From contig JBARKF010000310.1 of NCBI GenBank assembly GCA_049800655.1, forward strand, positions 2,835 through 66,834: 64,000 nucleotides of DNA, read 5' to 3'. The notes below the pieces were generated by a model. It did no database searches, was not told the origin of the DNA, and saw only the letters and a list, made by a program, of their open reading frames with translations. Of this stretch, positions 27,801 to 35,706 are shown piece by piece (the stretch's first letter is position 1; each line of letters begins with the position of its first letter). Position numbers and translations under genes: made by a program. Source of the stretch: Candidatus Cybelea sp. GTDB lineage: Bacteria > Vulcanimicrobiota > Vulcanimicrobiia > Vulcanimicrobiales > Vulcanimicrobiaceae.

Positions 27801-29207
27801 TTGCAAAAATCAGCATTATCGCTGGCGATCTGCGTCGCTGCATCGGGCAGTACGGCCTGCAGCGGCGGCGGATCCTCTCCCTCGATTTCCTCAATTCCGT
27901 CGGCCGGCAGGTCGTTCTCGCGACTTCAGTCCGGCCCTTCACCGATAACACACATCGTTCTCATCGTTCAGGAGAATCGCACCTTCAACAACCTCTTTGC
28001 GACGTTCCCCGGCGCGACCGGCGCGACCAGAGGGAAGAAGAAGGCCAGTGGCAGAGTGGAATCCGTCACGCTCAAAGAGACGAACCTCGGAGGGCAGCGC
28101 AACTTCAATCACAACTACAAGAGCTTCCTCACCGGCTACGACAACGGCAAGCTTGACGCGTTTAATCTGATCAAGTTCGCGAACAACAACAAGAACGAAG
28201 GAAACGGGCCGTACGAATACGTCAACCCAAGTCAGATCCAGCCATACTGGCAGATAGCCGAACAGTACGGTCTCGCGAACGCGATGTTCGCGACGCAAGG
28301 CAGCGACAGCTTCCCCGCGCATCAAGATCTGATTCGTGGCGGCACGGCGATCGATTCGAGCGATAGTTTAATCGACAATCCGCCGTACAGCGGTGCGTGG
28401 GGTTGCGATTCCGCGCCCGGCACGAAGACGTCGCTGATCAACACCTATCTGCAAGTCCGGCGTGGCGTAGGGCCGTTTCCCTGTACTCAGGATTTTCCAG
28501 GATCGGGCGCAAACTACCGGACGCTCCGCGATCTGATGGACAACGCCTCGGTCTCGTGGAAATACTACACGCCGGAGATTGGCGCGAGCGGAGCAATCTG
28601 GGACGCGTTCGACGTGATTTCGCCGGTTCGCTTCGGTTCGGAGTGGGGCACCAACGTCAACTGGCCCGAGACGAATATCTTCAACGATATCTCAAACGGT
28701 CAGCTCGCGAATATGTCTTGGGTAATACCGGACGGCGTAAACTCGGATCACCCCAACCGGAGCGGGGACACCGGTCCTTCGTGGGTCGCGAGCATCGTCA
28801 ACGCAATCGGCGAGAGCCAGTATTGGGACTCGACCGCCATCATCGTCGTTTGGGACGACTGGGGCGGCTTCTACGATCCGGTCCCGCCCCCGCTGCCGCG
28901 TGACAATCAGGGCGGGCCGGGCCTCCGAATTCCGATGCTCGTCGTCTCGCCTTACGCGCGGATCGGCAGCGGCAGCCAAGGCGGCTATATCTCCAACACC
29001 GTCTATGCGTTCGGAAGCATCATCCGGTTCGTCGAAGATACGTTCAATCTCGGACGGCTCGGAACGACCGACGGCACCTCCAACAGCATGGACGACATGT
29101 TCAACTTCTACCAATCCCCGCGTCAGTACCAATCGATCGGTTCGAAGTATTCGCGTTCGTACTTCATGCACCAGAAGCCCTCGGGAATTCCAGTCGACAC
29201 CGAATGA
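27801..29207 (+). CDS. Phosphoesterase-family lipoprotein (phospholipase C / AcpA acid phosphatase superfamily)
   Basis: TTG start and lipobox SGSTAC. ITHIVLIVQENRTFNNLFATFPGA is the hallmark N-terminal block of the Phosphoesterase family. IIVVWDDWGGFYDPVPPP lies in the C-terminal half. Confidence 0.85.
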   Translation: MQKSALSLAICVAASGSTACSGGGSSPSISSIPSAGRSFSRLQSGPSPITHIVLIVQENRTFNNLFATFPGATGATRGKKKASGRVESVTLKETNLGGQRNFNHNYKSFLTGYDNGKLDAFNLIKFANNNKNEGNGPYEYVNPSQIQPYWQIAEQYGLANAMFATQGSDSFPAHQDLIRGGTAIDSSDSLIDNPPYSGAWGCDSAPGTKTSLINTYLQVRRGVGPFPCTQDFPGSGANYRTLRDLMDNASVSWKYYTPEIGASGAIWDAFDVISPVRFGSEWGTNVNWPETNIFNDISNGQLANMSWVIPDGVNSDHPNRSGDTGPSWVASIVNAIGESQYWDSTAIIVVWDDWGGFYDPVPPPLPRDNQGGPGLRIPMLVVSPYARIGSGSQGGYISNTVYAFGSIIRFVEDTFNLGRLGTTDGTSNSMDDMFNFYQSPRQYQSIGSKYSRSYFMHQKPSGIPVDTE

Positions 29208-30052
29208 TGCGGTCTCACGCCGCCGGCGCGATCGCCTGGCTATCGCTGCTGCTTTCAGCCTGCGGACCGGGTTCAACAACGCCGGCGGCGCCGAATGCGT
29301 TTGCGATCGGAAGTTCGCCCCTTGGCCAAGGCGCGCGCTGGATTCCGGCGCCAAACGAGTCGTATCAGATCCAGTACGACGGCCGGCTGGACTTGAAGGT
29401 TCCCGCCGATATCTACGATCTCGACATGTTCGACACATCGCCGAAGATCGTCGCGAAGCTGCACGTAATGAAGCGGCGCGTCATGTGCTACGTCGACGTC
29501 GGCACTTGGGAGAACTGGCGCCCCGACGCCAAGGAGTTTCCAAAGAGCGTATTAGGTCACCCCGACGGTCACTGGAGAGGTGAGCGCTGGCTTGACATTC
29601 GCCAGACGGCGATTCTCGAGCCGATCATGGCCCGCCGGCTCGACCTCTGCAAGAAGAAGGGCTTCGATGGCGTCGATCCCGACAATCTTGACGGGTATCA
29701 GAACCGGACCGGATTCCCGCTCACCTATCACGAGCAGCTCACGTACGATACATGGGTCGCCAAAGCCGCGCACGACCGCGGGCTAACGGCCGACCAAAAA
29801 GGCGACAACAGCCAAGTCAAAGACCTCGTGAAAGTCTTCGATTTCGCCGTCGTCGAGCAGTGCTTCGCACAGGGCTGGTGCAACCAGTTCGCGGTCTACA
29901 CCAAGACCAACCGGCTCGTCGTCGACGTCGAGTACTTTCACGACCGCACGCGTTTTCTCGATAAGACCTGCCCCGACGCCGGCAAATACCATGAAACCGC
30001 GATTCTCAAAAGACTCGAACTGACGGCTTGGATCGTAACCTGCCCCAGTTGA
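29204..30052 (+). CDS. GH114-like endo-alpha-1,4-polygalactosaminidase lipoprotein
   Basis: Lipobox LLLSAC. YDLDMFD, VMCYVDVGTWENWRPDAKEFP, GERWLDIR, KKGFDGVDPDNLDGYQNRTGFPLT and FAVVEQCF match Glyco_hydro_114. ATGA overlap with the upstream gene. Confidence 0.85.
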   Translation: MMRSHAAGAIAWLSLLLSACGPGSTTPAAPNAFAIGSSPLGQGARWIPAPNESYQIQYDGRLDLKVPADIYDLDMFDTSPKIVAKLHVMKRRVMCYVDVGTWENWRPDAKEFPKSVLGHPDGHWRGERWLDIRQTAILEPIMARRLDLCKKKGFDGVDPDNLDGYQNRTGFPLTYHEQLTYDTWVAKAAHDRGLTADQKGDNSQVKDLVKVFDFAVVEQCFAQGWCNQFAVYTKTNRLVVDVEYFHDRTRFLDKTCPDAGKYHETAILKRLELTAWIVTCPS

Positions 30053-30134
30053 CGCTGAAGAAGCTCTAACTCACAGCACGAATCGTCACCGGTAATGCTC
30101 GCCAGCCTCTCTTGGCAGCAACAGGAGCTATTCG

Positions 30135-31558
30135 ATGCACAAACCATGGGCGTTTTTTTTGCTCGTCGTCGTAACAGGGAGCCTGACCGCGTGCGGTGCG
30201 TCATCATCCTCGGCGGTAACGCCGATGGCGCGGATTCGTCGTCCGCCGCTCGCGCGACGGGACTCCGGCAGCACGCCGATTCATCATATCGTCGTGGTCA
30301 TTCAAGAGAACCGTACCTTCAATGATTTTTTCGCAACGTTCCCGGGCGCAACCGGTGCGACTTCTGGTTACGAGCTCATCAACGGCGAGAGGCAGCTGAT
30401 CAATCTCAAGGAGGTCTCGCTCGTCGGGCAGCCCGCCTTGAATCATTCTTACAGTGGTTTCACCGCAGCCTGCAACTATAGCTACTCGTCGGGTTGCCAG
30501 ATGGACGGCTTCAATCTGATCAAGTATCCAAAGAATCCGCGGCTGGAGAAGACGGCGCCGTACGAATACGTCAATCCTGCCGATATCGCGCCGTATTGGA
30601 GTATGGCCGAGCAGTATGGACTCGCTAATGCGATGTTCACGACCCAAGGGAGCAACAGCTTCACGGGACACCAGGATCTCATTCGCGGCGCAACTTTTAT
30701 CGATCCCAACGACAGTATGATCGACAACCCGCGTGTCGCCGGCGCCTGGGGATGCGACTCCCAACCCAACACCAGGACGTCGCTGATAACGACGCAACTC
30801 AAATACGAAGAGGATGCCGGGCCGTTCCCGTGCACTCAGGATTTTCCGGAATATGGTGGATATCCTTACAAAACGCTGCGCGACTTGCTCGATGCGAAAC
30901 ATGTCTCCTGGAAATACTACACGCCTCAAATTCCAGACTCGGGCGCGATTTGGAACGCCTTCGACGTTATCTCGGCGGTGCGTTACGGCCCTGAATGGGG
31001 CACGAACGTGACTTGGCCGGAGACCAACGTCTTCAAAGACATCTCCGGCGGGACACTTCCGGCGGTCTCGTGGGTGATCCCCGATGGACGTAACTCGGAC
31101 CATCCCAACGGCGGGCAGGACGACGGGCCGTCCTGGGTCGCCAGCGTCGTCAACGCGATCGGAGAAAGCTCTATTGGAACTCGACGGCGATCATTGTCGT
31201 CTGGGACGACTGGGGCGGCTTTTACGATCCCGTTCCGCCCCCGTTTCCCCGCGACAATCAAGGCGGCCCGGGCTTCCGCGTTCCGATGCTGGCAATCTCT
31301 CCCTACACGAAGATCGGCTCCGGGAGTCAAGGTGGCTATATTTCGAACACCATTTACTACTTCGGCAGCATCCTACGATTCAGCGAAGACACGTTCGACC
31401 TCGGACGTCTCGGGACGACCGACGGCACGTCGAACAGCCTCGGCGACATGTTCGACTTCGACCAAGCCCCGCGGCAGTTCCATCAAATCCGCTCGACGTT
31501 CTCTCGCTCGTTCTTTCTCCATCAAAAGCCCTCCGGGATCCCCGTCGACACGGACTAG
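30135..31558 (+). pseudogene. Second phosphoesterase-family lipoprotein paralog, interrupted by a 1-nt frameshift near 31170
   Basis: Frame 0 (30135-31169) is collinear with the 27801 paralog up to AIGES. The rest (YWNSTAIIVVWDDWGGFYDPVPPPFPRDNQGGPGFRVPMLAISPYTKIGSGSQ...GIPVDTD*) continues in the -1 frame to TAG 31556-31558. AGC-TC-TAT-TGG here corresponds to AGC-CAG-TAT-TGG in the paralog. Confidence 0.8.
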
Positions 31559-31570
31559 GCATGGTTCACT

Positions 31571-31742
31571 GCCAAGGCCAGGTGGGAGGCCCGCGCTGCT
31601 GAGCTTTTGTCGCATTCGTGCCAAGGCCAGGTGGGAGGCCCGCGCTGCTGAGCTTTTGTCGCATTCGTGCCAAGGCCAGGTGGGAGGCCTGCGTTGCTGA
31701 GCTTTTGTCGCATTCGTGCCAAGGCCAGGTAGGAAGCCCGCG
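31571..31742. repeat. Tandem direct repeat, 49-bp unit x 3.5
   Basis: The unit GCCAAGGCCAGGTGGGAGGCCCGCGCTGCTGAGCTTTTGTCGCATTCGT starts at 31571, 31620, 31669 (2 substitutions) and 31718 (truncated and diverged after about 25 bp). There are no unique spacers. Confidence 0.95.
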
Positions 31743-31752
31743 TCTTCCGCAC

Positions 31753-31784
31753 GAATGCGACAAAAGATTTATTATGTCGCATTC
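31753..31784. promoter_or_regulatory. 13-6-13 near-palindrome: candidate tyrosine-recombinase core site or operator overlapping the recombinase start codon
   Basis: GAATGCGACAAAA (31753-65), GATTTA (31766-71), TTATGTCGCATTC (31772-84). The arms are 12/13 reverse-complementary, and ATG 31774-76 lies in the right arm. The same half-site, TTTTGTCGCATTC, occurs once per 49-bp repeat upstream. Confidence 0.55.
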
Positions 31785-32727
31785 AGGGACCGTGAAGAAG
31801 CCTGCGCAGGGCAGCGAAGCTGCCAAGCCGGATCCGCTCGTCCGTGACCTGCGGGGCTACCTGCTGACCGAGCGCAAACGCAGCCCCTTAACGGTCGCCG
31901 CGTACGAGCGAGATCTGATGGAGTTCACCGCGTTTTTGCGGGAGACGGAAGCCTCGGCAGCGCTGCAGGCGGTGAAGCCGACGCAGATTCGGCAATATAT
32001 CGCGCACCTGTTCGACGCGCGTGGCTGCGATAGCCGAACCGTCTGCCGGAAGCTGTCGTCGATCCGCGCGCTCTATCGCTTTCTCAAGATCACGGGGATT
32101 CTCGAGAACGATCCCGCCGCGGCGATTCCCGGCCCCTCGGTCGCGAAAAAGCGCCCGGCGCCGCTCAAAGTCGACGAGGTCATGAAACTGCTGCGGACCT
32201 CGCTTGCCGGCCGGACGGATGCCGCCCGCCGGCGAGACAACGCCATCATGGAGCTTTTCTACGCCAGTGGGATGCGCCGAGCCGAGCTCGCCGGCGTACG
32301 GCTTGCCGACGTCGATCTCGCCGAGCGCACGATTCGCGTAACGGGAAAAGGCAACAAGGAGCGTTTGGTCGTGATCAACCGAGCGGCTGCAGATGCCATC
32401 GAAGCCTACCTGCGCGTCCGGCCGCGCAGCGCCGATCCCGCGCTCTTCCTGGGCCGCGGCGGCAAGGCGCTTACGCCGAAACACGTTTGGCGAATCTTCC
32501 GCGCGATCTATCAAATCAGCGGAGTTCAGAAGCACGCAAGCCCGCACACGCTGCGTCACTCGTTCGCTACGCATCTCGTGGAGAACGGCGTGGACCTCGA
32601 GACCGTCCGCGAACTGCTCGGGCACGAGAGTCTGGCGACGACCGGCGTCTATTTGCAGTTAGCGATGGGACATAAGCGGCGCGCGTACGACGAAGCGCAT
32701 CCGCGTGACCGCATGCCCGATCGCTAG
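31774..32727 (+). CDS. Tyrosine recombinase, XerC/XerD family
   Basis: A SAM-like N-domain (SPLTVAAYERDLMEFTAFL, IRALYRFL) precedes the catalytic region: ELFYASGMRRAEL, GKGNKERLV, HTLRHSFATHLVENGVDLETVRELLGHESLATTGVYLQL. The start was trimmed to ATG 31774, because the tracked extension reads through the tandem repeat. Confidence 0.88.
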   Translation: MSHSGTVKKPAQGSEAAKPDPLVRDLRGYLLTERKRSPLTVAAYERDLMEFTAFLRETEASAALQAVKPTQIRQYIAHLFDARGCDSRTVCRKLSSIRALYRFLKITGILENDPAAAIPGPSVAKKRPAPLKVDEVMKLLRTSLAGRTDAARRRDNAIMELFYASGMRRAELAGVRLADVDLAERTIRVTGKGNKERLVVINRAAADAIEAYLRVRPRSADPALFLGRGGKALTPKHVWRIFRAIYQISGVQKHASPHTLRHSFATHLVENGVDLETVRELLGHESLATTGVYLQLAMGHKRRAYDEAHPRDRMPDR

Positions 32728-32740
32728 CCCGCTGCGTTAT

Positions 32741-32965
32741 TTAACGGCGATTCCGACGTAGCAGTAGCCATTTTGTGTCCGGCCGGGCGCCCCTGACGAT
32801 CAGGCGGCCACCCGGGTGTCCCGTGGTTGCTACGGTTTGCGCTTCCATTGGATCTGGAGTTGGCGACGCTCCTATAACTCCCGGCGTGAGGCCCTGCTGC
32901 CAGGCCGTGCACGCCGCGAGAACGAGGCTGGATAAAATAGCGCAGAGTAGACGCTTAGTTCCCAT
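32741..32965 (-). CDS. Small hypothetical lipoprotein (74 aa)
   Basis: ATG lies 6 nt after GAGGAG. Signal plus lipobox MGTKRLLCAILSSLVLAAC. No family is recognised. Confidence 0.45.
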   Translation of the reverse strand: MGTKRLLCAILSSLVLAACTAWQQGLTPGVIGASPTPDPMEAQTVATTGHPGGRLIVRGARPDTKWLLLRRNRR

Positions 32966-33065
32966 GTTCGGCTCCTCTAGTGACGGGAGGGCGCTCGAGG
33001 CGCCCCAGCGGCAGCAGCATATCGCCCTCGCCGTCCAGCCGGCGTCCAGGAAATCGTCTCGCGTG

Positions 33066-34004
33066 CTAAACCCGCATCTTCTTCTGCCGGGACGCGTCGG
33101 CTTCGATCATGAAGCGCGCGAGCGCGGCGCCGATCGAGGCTCCGCCCGCGGCCTCGTAATATGGGTAGCCCGGCGACGGATTCGCTTCGAAGCAGAACCA
33201 CTCGCCCTCGTCGCTTCGCATCAGATCGATGCCGGCGAAATGCAGCCCGAGCATTCTCGTAAGCCGCCGGCAGCGCTGCGCCACGTCGGCCGGCAGCTCG
33301 GCCGGCGTTATTGTCGAGCGGCCGTAGCGATAATCGATCTGATCCGAGGCGATTTGAGCGGCGAAGACTCGATCGCCGAGCACGTGCGCTCGATAGTTCG
33401 TGCCCTTGACGGCCCGTTGAAAGAGCGTCGGGCACCACTGGACGTCGTCGATAAGGCCGCATTGCGCTTCGCCCAGCCGCCGCACGATGCTGCGGACGCC
33501 GCTCATCGACTTATAGACCGAGTCGGGATGCTGCACCAGAAAGGCACGCGCGGCTTCGGCGTCGTTGCAGAGGAGCGTCTCGGGGACCGCAAAGCCCGCC
33601 TGATGGATAACGCTCATTTGGTACGGTTTCGAGTTATTGGTGGCCGAAGGAGCGGAACGGTTGATCACGACCGCGTCGGAAGCGTCGAGCCACGCCGTCA
33701 GCTGCGCTTCGAACGCGGCCGCACGGATCACGGGGGGACTGTCGTGCGGCAAACCCCGCAGCTCGTCGTGCTGATAAAAGCTCAGGCCCCTCACGTACGC
33801 CACCGTGACGCCGGTGATGTCGATCGTCGCGCCTTCGACCGTCACCGTGCATCGTTCGCCGTTGGCGCCGTCAATGACGGAGTCGATCTCGCAGCGAGCG
33901 ATCTTCCGGTGATCGAAAAAAACGAACTCGGCGCCGGCCTGCGTGAGCGCCGCGCAAGCGATCGCCATCGGCGCGTCGTCCAGCGTCCCCCACAGAAAAA
34001 TCAA
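33066..34004 (-). CDS. ATP-grasp domain ligase (RimK / RiPP-maturase-like)
   Basis: 312 aa with a pre-ATP-grasp N-domain, VYKSMSG, NYRAHVLGDRVFAA, and the Mg-ATP site HFAGIDLMRSDEGEWFCFEANPSPGY (E-x-N). TTG start overlaps the upstream stop (TTGA). Confidence 0.75.
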   Translation of the reverse strand: MIFLWGTLDDAPMAIACAALTQAGAEFVFFDHRKIARCEIDSVIDGANGERCTVTVEGATIDITGVTVAYVRGLSFYQHDELRGLPHDSPPVIRAAAFEAQLTAWLDASDAVVINRSAPSATNNSKPYQMSVIHQAGFAVPETLLCNDAEAARAFLVQHPDSVYKSMSGVRSIVRRLGEAQCGLIDDVQWCPTLFQRAVKGTNYRAHVLGDRVFAAQIASDQIDYRYGRSTITPAELPADVAQRCRRLTRMLGLHFAGIDLMRSDEGEWFCFEANPSPGYPYYEAAGGASIGAALARFMIEADASRQKKMRV

Positions 34005-34705
34005 TGGCGCGGCACTTCCATAAAACGCGCGATCGCGGCGCGGTTCGCCGGTACGCTAACGTCGGGGACGAATGAAAGGTCGGCTAAAGCATATTCGTCT
34101 TCGCGCGTCGCGGCGAAGCGCAGACGAACGTATGGCATCTCGAAGGCGCGCGCAAGTGCCTGCGCGTATTCGCAAACCCGGCCGGGCAGGTCATCCTCGA
34201 CGATCGCATCCCCGATGACGGTCGCTCGTAGCCTCGGTCGTTCCGCCGCCTCGTCCGTCACGGGTAAGCCGTTTCGGATGCGCCCCGCCCAAACGGGAAT
34301 CCCCCAGCCGCGTGCAGCCTTCATCCATTCGATGCGATGCAAGCCAAGACCCGAGAGACTCTTCGGCGTCGGCGGGTTGAGTTTTTTGCAGCGCAACACC
34401 GTAAGCAAGTAGATGAAGAAGGCCCGCACTTCCGCGCAGACGTACTCGCGGTCGGCCGGTTCGACTTCGTAAAACTCTTGCGGCAGAAAGTACGCGACCG
34501 TTGTGACGACGCCGGTAATCTCGGTCGCACGAATCCGGACGCCGCCAATCGTCAGCTGCGCCGACGACAGGTCGCCGACGGAGACGGCGGCCTTGAAATT
34601 GCGGTGGAGCGTCGAAGCGGTGACTAATGAGGCGACGCCGGGCGAGAACGTCTCGATGAGATCGATCGCCGACTCATTAGCCACATTGCTTACGACAAGG
34701 ATCAA
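34001..34705 (-). CDS. Truncated/degenerate ATP-grasp paralog (N-terminal and central part only)
   Basis: 234 aa. Its layout parallels the N-terminal two thirds of the 33066 protein (ITGVVTTVAYFL vs ITGVTVAYVRGL; EVRAFFIYLL vs FEAQLTAWL). No E-x-N or nucleotide-binding C-terminal half was seen. TTG start 34705 overlaps the upstream stop. Confidence 0.55.
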   Translation of the reverse strand: MILVVSNVANESAIDLIETFSPGVASLVTASTLHRNFKAAVSVGDLSSAQLTIGGVRIRATEITGVVTTVAYFLPQEFYEVEPADREYVCAEVRAFFIYLLTVLRCKKLNPPTPKSLSGLGLHRIEWMKAARGWGIPVWAGRIRNGLPVTDEAAERPRLRATVIGDAIVEDDLPGRVCEYAQALARAFEMPYVRLRFAATREDEYALADLSFVPDVSVPANRAAIARFMEVPRH

Positions 34706-35646
34706 CTCTCCTCGGTCTGGTCGCCGCGCTCGCCGACCGGCGGCCGGTCCTCGCTCCGAATAAAGGCGCGCCCCATTGTCTGCAGGCCGACCTGCAACTG
34801 GCTGATGCGCGCATTGAGAGCCGCGATCTCGGCGACGATGAGCTCGGGATCGCCGATATCGCCCCAGCCCTGGGACTCCACCGACTCTTTGGGCCCTTTG
34901 AAGATCTCCGAGACCCACTTGCTCGTGAAGACGTCGCTGATGATTGGCTTATCGAAGTGTTCCTTCGTCTTGACGGGGTCTTTGTAAAGCGCCAACGCAT
35001 AGACGGTTTCGCCTTGGCCTGGCGTTAAGTTAGCGCCGCTGATGAGACTTGGCAGCGGCGATGGATTCGTGAGATCGGTCCATTGGTCGAAAAGCGCCGT
35101 CATGGGCAACGACATATAGGGACCGATGTTCGGATGATCGGCCGCGATCGTGTAGCCGCTCGAAGCGGTATCGACCCAGCCTTCGACGTTCGCTTCGGTG
35201 GTAAGCGTGCCGCCTGGATCCGGGCTGACGGTCACGAAATCGTTGTCGACTAACGCGCCAGTGCTCTCGTTGAAAGCGTCGATGACGGCGCCGCTGTCAC
35301 CGGGTCCGGGGGTGCCCCCGACTGGAACGTAAAGGTAAACGACGAGCACCGGACTCGTGCCGACGGTGCCCGGCGGCGGATATCCTCCGGGCTGATTCGT
35401 AAAGCGCGGCCCTTCGACCAAGCCGGAAACGTTGGTAAGAGCCCACTGCAAGTCGAGCGACCCGACGTCATACGTCAGGAACGGCAGTAACGGCTGGAAG
35501 GACGTGCCGGGCGCGAGCGTCTGGGGTGGCGACGGGTTGAGTCCTGGGATCGGGGTAAAGCCGCCGTAGGAAGTCGTCGCGCGAGGCTGGCGCGTGTGGG
35601 CGCCGGAGGCGCCGAAATAAACGTATTGGGTCGTGAGTAATGGCAT
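34702..35646 (-). CDS. Unknown protein (314 aa), Pro/Gly/Thr-rich with a C-terminal amphipathic helix and acidic tail
   Basis: ATG lies 8 nt after AAGGA. There is no signal peptide or TM segment. The helix PELIVAEIAALNARISQLQVGLQ is followed by the tail SEDRPPVGERGDQTEES. No family is recognised. Confidence 0.6.
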   Translation of the reverse strand: MPLLTTQYVYFGASGAHTRQPRATTSYGGFTPIPGLNPSPPQTLAPGTSFQPLLPFLTYDVGSLDLQWALTNVSGLVEGPRFTNQPGGYPPPGTVGTSPVLVVYLYVPVGGTPGPGDSGAVIDAFNESTGALVDNDFVTVSPDPGGTLTTEANVEGWVDTASSGYTIAADHPNIGPYMSLPMTALFDQWTDLTNPSPLPSLISGANLTPGQGETVYALALYKDPVKTKEHFDKPIISDVFTSKWVSEIFKGPKESVESQGWGDIGDPELIVAEIAALNARISQLQVGLQTMGRAFIRSEDRPPVGERGDQTEES

Positions 35647-35706
35647 ATGCTGATCCTTTCAGTTGCCATTGGGACCAAGGCGGTAGGCGTTCCGCAGCTT
35701 GCGTCG

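Noticed and set aside
31165-31175. Programmed ribosomal frameshifting in the second phosphoesterase gene
   Set aside because: There is no slippery X-XXY-YYZ heptamer or downstream stimulatory structure at the shift point. A simple 1-nt deletion relative to the paralog explains it.
31571-31742. The tandem repeat array as a CRISPR array
   Set aside because: The entire 49-bp unit repeats head-to-tail, with no unique spacers between repeats and no cas genes in the window.
31702-31766. The 17-bp inverted repeat as boundaries of an invertible (phase-variable) DNA segment
   Set aside because: The segment between the arms is only 31 bp. That is too short for a synapsed inversion and carries no obvious promoter. 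The adjacent 13-6-13 core-site reading or an RNA hairpin explains it better.
32775-34412. The 545-aa plus-strand ORF
   Set aside because: It is antisense to the ATP-grasp genes, has an Arg/Ala-rich low-complexity composition, and has no RBS or recognisable domain. This is a typical high-GC shadow ORF.
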